Positions 54,819 to 64,000 of a stretch of DNA of 64,000 bases are shown here, one piece after another. Positions within the stretch are counted from its first letter, which is position 1. Each line of letters opens with the position of its first letter. This DNA is from Octopus sinensis (taxonomy: Eukaryota): assembly GCF_006345805.1 (NCBI RefSeq), contig NC_042997.1, positions 179,304,001 through 179,368,000 on the forward strand. Reading direction: 5' to 3'. The translations under genes and the position numbers were made by a program. The notes below the pieces were generated by a model, which worked only from the letters and a program-made list of their open reading frames with translations, ran no database searches and was not told the origin of the DNA.

Positions 54819-55554
54819 GTGGTGTGTGTGTGTGTGTATCACCCAATAAATTTATCTCAAAAACACCCAATGACATCAATCTACTCCACAGCAATTAAAA
54901 CTGGACTTCCATAGAAAGGAGCGTAATTTATTCTTGGAGCCGATAAAATACACACCATCTGTTGTTATTTTCGTGAAAAATATGATAATAACCTGAGTAC
55001 TGTTTTAGAATGTGTGTGTTTTAACGTAGTAGAAACTTTTGTAGATCCAGAGGAAACTTTGAAACCGGAATCTAGAGAGATAGAGTAGTAATACATCAAC
55101 TACAACTCTATACTTTAAACTTCTGAGTCCTTATTTACATTATTAATCTCCAAGCAATTATGGCACATAAAAACACATTTTATATACCTTACATGAAAGC
55201 AAACATTAAAGAGGGTAAGGGAAAATAAAAGTTAATGAATTTCTTGTCGGGATATTGTGTGTGTACTACAAGGTACATGACTTCAGATATTTAGATTAGT
55301 GATGAAAATTTAAAACTCGGTGACATTTGATGGATGTACAAAAATAATCCCATTAACGATGGCATAATTAGTCTGTTGATGTGAACAGAATAGACTACAC
55401 GATAGTCTTTGTAATCAAGAGTCAAAATTAAAAATCATAAACGTCTACAATTTTATATATATATATATGTTTGTATGTATTTATATATATTGATAAAAAT
55501 GGTAAGACAACAAAAGAATGAAAGAGACCTCTATAGTATGTAAATAGAGGAATT

Positions 55555-55695
55555 TGTAAATGCAATATGTGAAAATTATTCGGTAGCCATGATAAAACTC
55601 CGAGTTTCGGATGCCAGGCGTGGATTTCCACCTTGGCATACAAAGCTCAGAGTTGTATCATGGCTACCGAATAATTGTCACCTATTGCATTTACA
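55555..55695. repeat. 141-nt fold-back hairpin
   Basis: Arms 55555-55618 and 55631-55695 (tgtaaatgcaata.gtga.aattattcggtagccatgata.aactc.gag...atgcca), ~12-nt loop. Confidence 0.9.
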
Positions 55696-55705
55696 GATAT
55701 TATGT

Positions 55706-56083
55706 GGAGACGCAACGGCCCAGTGGTTAGGGCAGCGGACTCGCGGTCATAGGATCGCGGTTTCGATTCCCAGACCGGGCGTTGTGAGTATTTATTGAGC
55801 GAAAACACCTAAAGCTCCACGAGGCTCCGGCAGAGGATGATGGTGATCCCTGCTGTACTCTTTCACCACAACTTTCTCTGACTCTTACTTCCTGTTTCTT
55901 TTGTACCTGTATTTCAAAGGGCCGGCCTTGTCACTCTCTGTGTCACGCTGAATATCCCCGAGAACTACGTTAAGGATACACGTGTCTGTGGAGTGCTCAG
56001 CCACTTACACGTTAATTTCACGACCATGCTGTTCCGTTGATTCGGATCGACCGGAACCCTCGTCGTCGTAACCGACGGAGTGC
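55706..56083 (+). mobile_element. SINE family B, full length, tail 1
   Basis: A and B boxes, complete body, tail ...cctcgtcgtcgtaaccgacggagtgc. Confidence 0.92.
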
Positions 56084-56094
56084 TTCCATCCCAT

Positions 56095-56147
<53 letters not shown>

Positions 56148-56821
56148 TACACGCATATACATATACATTATGTATTTATGTATGTATGTATGTATGTATG
56201 TACGTGCGTATATATATATATATCTATACCTATATATATATATGTGTGTGTGTGTATGTATTCCCAAGTATAGATGCACTTTTATATCTTATGTATTCCT
56301 ACAAAGATAATTTTTTCTGTAATCCTCATAGTTTTAAACTTTATCATATTTTTACAGGTTGAGCATATCGTGTGAATCTACACGAAAAAAGAGCAATATT
56401 CCAAATATTCACATCGTTGTCATATTCTTTTTCTTTCCTTTGTGATAATGTTGGGTATCCTTACTAGAGCTGTCGCAGAAAAAAGCATGTTACCTTACAA
56501 CAGTATTTATTCTTAAAGTTTCTCGATATGTGCCAACGAGAGAGTATCTGTCCAGTTGATCAATATAGTGCTAGAGATATCAGGTAAAACTCTATCAAAC
56601 TAATGAATCTTAGTATTATAAATAAGAACAAATCAACGAGCGACACTGTATGTCATAACATGATTTGCCCGAAATAGCTCCACAGATTACCTCTTACCAG
56701 CTGGGGATATAGCATCGAGCATAGATTGTGTTAGATTTTTTTTTGTATTGTAATACCTATATTTGTTTTATTCGAGTTGACTCGGTGGTAAACAACAAAA
56801 GTAGCAACAACAACAACAACA

Positions 56822-56851
<30 letters not shown>

Positions 56852-56852
<1 letters not shown>

Positions 56853-57250
56853 TACCACAGATTTAGTTGTCAGTTGTTTGACCGTAACCAGTTGAGCATG
56901 CCACTTAGTGGCTAACGATATGTGTATGTCTGATCACGAGCAGAAGTAGTGGGTAAGCATCATATCCATGTGTTAAGAGGAATTCTTTGGGGTTTGAATA
57001 ATTCACCTCAAGAAACATGGGTGTTTTGTTCATCATCCTTAAACAAACCTTATTCAAGGACCTTTTGAGCAGGACCTTTTGAGAAGTTTGTACGCTATTT
57101 TCGTGATATAAAATCACAATACTGTGCACATGTGGTCGTGATGCCTGTGCCTAGTGTACCTTTATCAGACGGGTATTAATGGTGGGTATATCGGACTTCG
57201 TATAATTGTACCCCTGTGTCACTTTGATGGCATGCACTGTTCTCTCACTC
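56852..57250 (+). mobile_element. Non-coding interspersed element embedded in (AAT)n
   Basis: ~400 bp of higher-GC unique sequence bounded on both sides by (AAT)n. Class not determined. Confidence 0.5.
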
Positions 57251-57293
57251 AATAATAATAATAATAATAATAATGATGAAGATAATGATGATG

Positions 57294-57341
<48 letters not shown>

Positions 57342-58811
57342 GTTTTAATCAATAAAGTTTCAGATAGTAAACCAAAAAATTAGCTTTATGTTGTTAGTTG
57401 TATGTAATACTAACGAAATAGTTGTAGCTTTACTTTTGAAACTTATGCAGTACTTTTTCAAATAATTGCTTAAATGCTGCCGAACACAGCGAACATTTTG
57501 TATATTGAGAGAATGTGCATACATATATTAGTATCAAGTACATTAAACTATTGATCGCAGTAAACCAATTTAAATATTGTGTAAGTCTTAAACATTGCAC
57601 TTAGTGAAGCAAGACGGGGATTTAGAGTTTCAATACACCAGATAACTGGGAATTCATGGTAATAAAATAGTATAGTATTACATGACATATTGAGACATTG
57701 CAAGTCAATCGTATTTAAGCACCGCTTTTCGGCGACATCCTTGGACTTGACAAATGGCGCTTTGCAACTCGCACCTTTTGATATCAGACTTAATACACAA
57801 ATATTTTTAGTCTTTCACACTTTACTAATTAATTTACTAGCGAGAGTTTAAAGAACTGTAAACATTTCAAATAATTTTTCGCTGCTTTGAAACCATTAAA
57901 TTTTTGATGACCTATTCAATAAACTTTGTAGCGCTTAAATATATGATAATTTATTAATATAGTGCTGTTGGACAAATATTCAAGGAAGATCAGTTCATAA
58001 CATTTTATGTGACTGCAAGAAATGCCATTTCCTTGTTATTATACAAGAAGGAAATATTGACGAAATAATATCCACACAAAGTTACGATAACTTCATCCTT
58101 ACTAAAACTTGCTCTACAAAATAGTGTGCCCTTGAAATTGAATAGTATGCTGAGAATTTTTTCCTGTTTTGTAATATTTCAACTCGATTCGTACGCTAAC
58201 TTAGAAAGATAGACTCATCGATACACAGGGAAGAAAATTAAATGCATGCGTTACGCAGACATATAAAAAAAAATCTAACAACTGTATTTACAAATACTGC
58301 ATATGCATCCATTTACACATGGATTTTTTGCACTTAAAATAAAATGAGCTACATTAACTTTTATAACCCGTTAAGTTATATTAGTTTCACGCTACGCAAA
58401 TAAAAGAAAGGATTATTTGAGGTTTCGGACTCAGCTGTCCTTTACCTGAAATAAAGGTATTGAGAGCCGGAAGGAAACCTCAAAATAAATATTTTAAGCC
58501 ATGTATGCTTATTTGGACGTACGTTTAAATACATAAATTTAATTACATTCCGAAAGCAAATGCAAAATTATGACAACTCATAAAACAAATGCAACAGTAT
58601 TATTTTATTATTCGGTTGATCATCTCGACTTAAAAAACGCATATCACTGTGGAACGCAGTTCCTTGTTTTGTTTTGAAGAACCATTAACAGACTAGGTTT
58701 AAAGAAACAAGGAATGAAACAATACCGATTTCAACTCGCCACACAACACAACAGAGACTACAAAATCACACAGACAAATACATGCATAAGTAATTATGTA
58801 TATTGTTACAA

Positions 58812-58983
58812 AAATATGCATATTTGGGATGATCATCTTTTGCCATTTAAACACACGGACTATTTATTTTATCTTCACTTTAGATTTGCTATTATTATCT
58901 TTACTTTAGTTGTCCACGTAAGTCTTTTTCGCCCTACATTATGTGATCTCTTCAGCGACTGTGTATCATGTGTCTTTTCTTGT
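58812..58983 (+). repeat. 172-bp dispersed repeat, copy 2
   Basis: Matches 49242-49413. Confidence 0.9.
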
Positions 58984-59745
58984 CCTGTATGCATATATTT
59001 ATATGTGTGTTCGCTTGTGTGTGTATATCCATATAAGCTGTGCTCCAGCATGGCCGTAGTCATATGAGTGAAACAAGTGAAAGAATAAAGTATATATATA
59101 TAAATGTAATGATTTCGTACATAATTTCCACCACTCAATCCTCGAATTGCACTTAAAATGTACTGGTCGAGCCCCCATTGTTGCTACAAACAACTGTTGT
59201 GCATTTGGGTTTTCGATACCGAAACTAAATGTTTGCAAAACAAGATCCGTACGCACATGGTTAAACGTACTCTTTATATATGATTGTCCGGTGAAAATGC
59301 ATATGCATTTAAGTGGTCATAAATATCTATGTATCTATCTATCTAGTTAACTAGCTGCCTAGCTAGGTAACGGGTTAGCTAGCTATTTGTTTATCTGTAC
59401 TCATTCTATACACATCTTAGTACACGGTTCTTTTGGCACCAGGGCACTCTGTTACGTGACTGACTTTAGGGAGTTCATTCAGGAGTAGAAACCATCCCAA
59501 AGGAGGCACAGAGATTGTCTGAGCTCCCGCGCTCGTTTGTCCTTGTGAAACTATCCAACCCATGCCAGTTAGAAAGAGGGACGTTAAATTAATATTATTT
59601 TACACACACTCACACGCACACACACAAACTCACACTTACACACATACATACACAGACACACACGTATATGTATATAGAAAGAGAGAGGAACGGAGGGAGG
59701 GAGAGAGAGAGTTGGAGGGAGATAGATAAATTGACAGATAGATAG

Positions 59746-59805
<60 letters not shown>

Positions 59806-59832
59806 TATATATATATACTTATATATACATAT

Positions 59833-60121
59833 ATCACGTGACCGATCAGACCATCAGATGTTGTTACACATCGCTGGTCACAATGCGTTCGTATTGTTTT
59901 AGCCTTCGAATGACGCCACCCCGCTGGCTAAGCGAGCAGGCCAACAGAAGAAAGAGTGAGAGAAAGTTGTGGCAAAAGAGTACAGCAGGGATCGCCACCC
60001 CCTGCCAGAGACTCGTGGAGCTTTAAGGTGTTTTCGCTCAATAAACACTCACAACGCCCGGTCTGGGAATCGAAACCGCGATCCTACGACCGTGAGTCCG
60101 CTTCCCTAACCACTGGGCCAT
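59833..60121 (-). mobile_element. SINE family B head/body with tail 2
   Basis: Close match to 47381-47672. Confidence 0.9.
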
Positions 60122-61597
60122 ATATACATATATACATTCGTTAATATACATATGCATGGACATATATATGTATAATATATATACATGCATATATATACAC
60201 ATACATAAATACATACATATATACATGCGTGTGTATGCATGTATGTATGCATACACATACTTAAATGGAGAGTCTTGGACAACAGGTGATATAACAGATA
60301 CATGCAATCATTTATTTATCTAATTTTATTTAATCCGATCTTATAGGAAACAACGCTCTCTCCATTAAGTTACCAGGAAAGAGTTAAATTGTATTTTGTA
60401 AAATATTCGTCATGAATGCTTCAAAAGGATACTAACATATATAGAAATGCTTGCAAACATATCGTTGTGCATAAATATATATCCATAGAAGCAGATATAA
60501 ATACGTGGATAGATATGATTGTTCAGTTCAGTCCACAAAACACATATGCATTTTTACTTAATACGTAGACAAGCACAAAAACACACCCACACATACATAT
60601 GTGTAAAGACAAAATATTTCAAGTTTCTTCACTGCAGTTTGCTAATATAGTTGCTTTGCAACAAATGTTTTCATATACATCTGTTTCTCTGTGTGCTTGT
60701 GTACGTGTGTATGTATGATTTATTGGCAGTTTAAGGACAGGATGAATATCTACAAAAATACGATATACTTTTGAAAGTCAAATGGAACGGAAAGATTCGA
60801 TGGAATATGCCGGAGAGGGGAATGGACTAAGCTATCAAAAGATTCACTGTCGGGAGGATTCTATAATCATTCACTCGAAGATCGCTATTTTCTACTTGCT
60901 TGGTTGTATACAAAAACGTTCATGTTTTCCAGTAGTATTTTTTTAGGTAGTCATAAATTCGTTATATTTCTTCTCTTACATGACATATATATTTCACCTT
61001 CTGTTTGTGGTCCTAAGAGTCAATACAATAGATTACAAGAATTGCAAATATTTCCAGTCGAATCTACGTTAGGAACGAAATATCCCTAAATTATAACAAA
61101 TTGTATGACAGGTGGTTTGATACTGGTCCAATATATGATTTCAGAAATACATTTTAGTAAATGTTCGTTTAGTTCTATTTATTTATTTATTTATTTATGT
61201 ATTTTTATTTATGTATTTATTTATTTATTATGTATATTCGAAGATAGTTATTTCTTTCAGAATTTATACAATTCATATTTTCCAAAATATGTGAAATATA
61301 TGGGATTTTTTGAAGAAAATAATAAGATATTTGTTGAATACGTCTCTCGCTTTCTCTCCCCCGTTCACTCGCTTAACATATGCATACAAACACACAAACA
61401 AACATACACACAGACACAAACACATACACACACATACATATACACAAACACACATTTGTATGGATGCGTGTGCTTTCTTATGTACAGTCAATCATAAAAA
61501 AATCATGTTAATCGAAACATTACACGATATATGTAGGTAGAGTTTCTACAAAAATATATTTGTATATATTTGCGCATATGTGTATGTGTTCTTATAA

Positions 61598-61635
<38 letters not shown>

Positions 61636-61642
61636 TATATAT

Positions 61643-62393
61643 ATACATGTGTGTGTATGTGAATGTGTGTATGCACACACACAAATATATATATATATCC
61701 CCACATACGCACATACATACACCTATCCACACACAAACACACTCACACAAACACATACATATTTACACAAATACTCTTCCTCTCTACCTCACACACACAA
61801 GATCGAATACAAGACTAAAAGTTTTTAAAGGAAATATCTAAATAATACAATAATAATTGTGAAAATACAGAAATTAAGAAGAAAAATGATTTGAATTTTA
61901 GAGATATTGAAAGCCAGATTGTTATGAAATCTGATGTTCGGTTATGTAACAGATACAAGTAATATGTAAGTTGGTGATGCTGGTTTTAATCCAGAAACTT
62001 CTAATTTATTACATTCTGAGACAGGTCTTATCAAAAAATCAAAATAATGAAGATTAACTATTTAAGCATGAAACACAAAAATAATTTTATCGAATGTATT
62101 ATGACGTCTGATGAAATGTATTAATTGTTGCTCTTGTATACAGATTCTATAAATGGAAATGTATATTTATGAGTTTCAGATAATTCTTGATAAAGAAGTA
62201 CAAACTTTCACACATAAACGTATATGCATATATGTTTGTGTATGTATGTCTGTGATTAAGAGAGAATGAAAGAGGGATAGATAGAAAAAGAGAAAGAGGG
62301 ATTGATTGTGTGCGTATGTGTGTTTCTCTCTCGCTATATATATATGTGTATATGTGTGGGATACGTACATATACGCAGGTTCGAATCCTTACG

Positions 62394-62441
<48 letters not shown>

Positions 62442-62475
62442 CTACTGAACCTTGGGAGGGGCATTATGTATACAC

Positions 62476-62512
<37 letters not shown>

Positions 62513-62806
62513 TACACACACATATATATATTTGCTTTTATTCTTTTACACTTTTACTTGTTTCAGTGATTTGACTGTGGTCATGTTGGAGCAACTCCTT
62601 TACTCGAACGTAGTACTCATTCTGTCGTGCTCTTTTGACGAACCGCTAATTTACGGGGAATTAAACAGAGGCATACACATATATATATATATATATCCAC
62701 TCACAAGGCTTTGGTCGGCCCGAGGCTATAGTAGAAGACACCCAACTCAGAACCATGTGGTTGGGAAGCAAGCTTCTTACTACACACACAAGCCTGCACC
62801 TATCTA

Positions 62807-62845
<39 letters not shown>

Positions 62846-63588
62846 GTGTGTGTATGTGAATGTGTGTATGCACACACACAATATATATATATATATCCCC
62901 ACATACGCACATACATACACCTATCCACACACAAACACACTCACACAAACACATACATATTTACACAAATACTCTTCCTCTCTACCTCACACACACAAGA
63001 TCGAATACAAGACTAAAAGTTTTTAAAGGAAATATCTAAATAATACAATAATAATTGTGAAAATACAGAAATTAAGAAGAAAAATGATTTGAATTTTAGA
63101 GATATTGAAAGCCAGATTGTTATGAAATCTGATGTTCGGTTATGTAACAGATACAAGTAATATGTAAGTTGGTGATGCTGGTTTTAATCCAGAAACTTCT
63201 AATTTATTACATTCTGAGACAGGTCTTATCAAAAAATCAAAATAATGAAGATTAACTATTTAAGCATGAAACACAAAAATAATTTTATCGAATGTATTAT
63301 GACGTCTGATGAAATGTATTAATTGTTGCTCTTGTATACAGATTCTATAAATGGAAATGTATATTTATGAGTTTCAGATAATTCTTGATAAAGAAGTACA
63401 AACTTTCACACATAAACGTATATGCATATATGTTTGTGTATGTATGTCTGTGATTAAGAGAGAATGAAAGAGGGATAGATAGAAAAAGAGAAAGAGGGAT
63501 TGATTGTGTGCGTATGTGTGTTTCTCTCTCGCTATATATATATGTGTATATGTGTGGGATACGTACATATACGCAGGTTCGAATCCTT

Positions 63589-63650
<62 letters not shown>

Positions 63651-63683
63651 TACTGAACCTTGGGAGGGGCATTATGTATACAC

Positions 63684-63739
<56 letters not shown>

Positions 63740-64000
63740 ACACATATATATTTGCTTTTATTCTTTTACACTTTTACTTGTTTCAGTGATTTGACTGTGG
63801 TCATGTTGGAGCAACTCCTTTACTCGAACGTAGTACTCATTCTGTCGTGCACTTTTGACGAACCGCTAATTTACGGGGAATTAAACAGAGGCATACACAT
63901 ATATATATATATATATCCACTCACAAGGCTTTGGTCGGCCCGAGGCTATAGTAGAAGACACCCAACTCAGAACCATGTGGTTGGGAAGCAAGCTTCTTAC
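61643..64000 (+). repeat. ~1.2-kb near-identical tandem duplication (second unit runs off the window)
   Basis: Units start near 61643 and 62840. They differ in SSR lengths and one visible SNP (T62631 vs A63851). Confidence 0.95.
62540..62800 (-). mobile_element. SINE family A, internally deleted (duplicated at ~63765-64000)
   Basis: cttttacttgtttcagt.atttgactgtgg.catgttggagca...gaaccgctaa.ttacgggga...ccactcacaaggctttggtcggcccgaggctatagtagaagacac. Confidence 0.85.

Overview
AT-rich, microsatellite-saturated eukaryotic DNA. The SINE families and repeat landscape look cephalopod (octopus-like); this is recognition, not a database result. I found no host-gene exon, tRNA, rRNA or CRISPR array, so the window reads as intronic or intergenic. 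Nearly all listed ORFs are translations of simple repeats. Supported content: (1) a 5'-truncated RTE LINE (16698-17776) bracketed by a 96-bp near-perfect inverted duplication of its own 3' junction; (2) two decayed restriction-like-endonuclease (R4/Dong-type) non-LTR fragments, one flanked by (TAA)n on both sides; (3) a DD37D/maT-like transposon fused to a mariner fragment; (4) several TIR or palindromic MITEs and a Helitron-like element; (5) three tRNA-derived SINE groups with swapped bodies and tails; (6) a ~1.2-kb near-identical tandem duplication at the right edge; (7) minimal type-I hammerhead ribozyme motifs in several unrelated Penelope-like terminal repeats. Two of these motifs look complete (581-663 minus, 47871-47915 plus), a pair sits in a 380-bp palindrome, and others are degenerate. 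Family labels A/B/C are my own, and all alignments and folds were done by eye.
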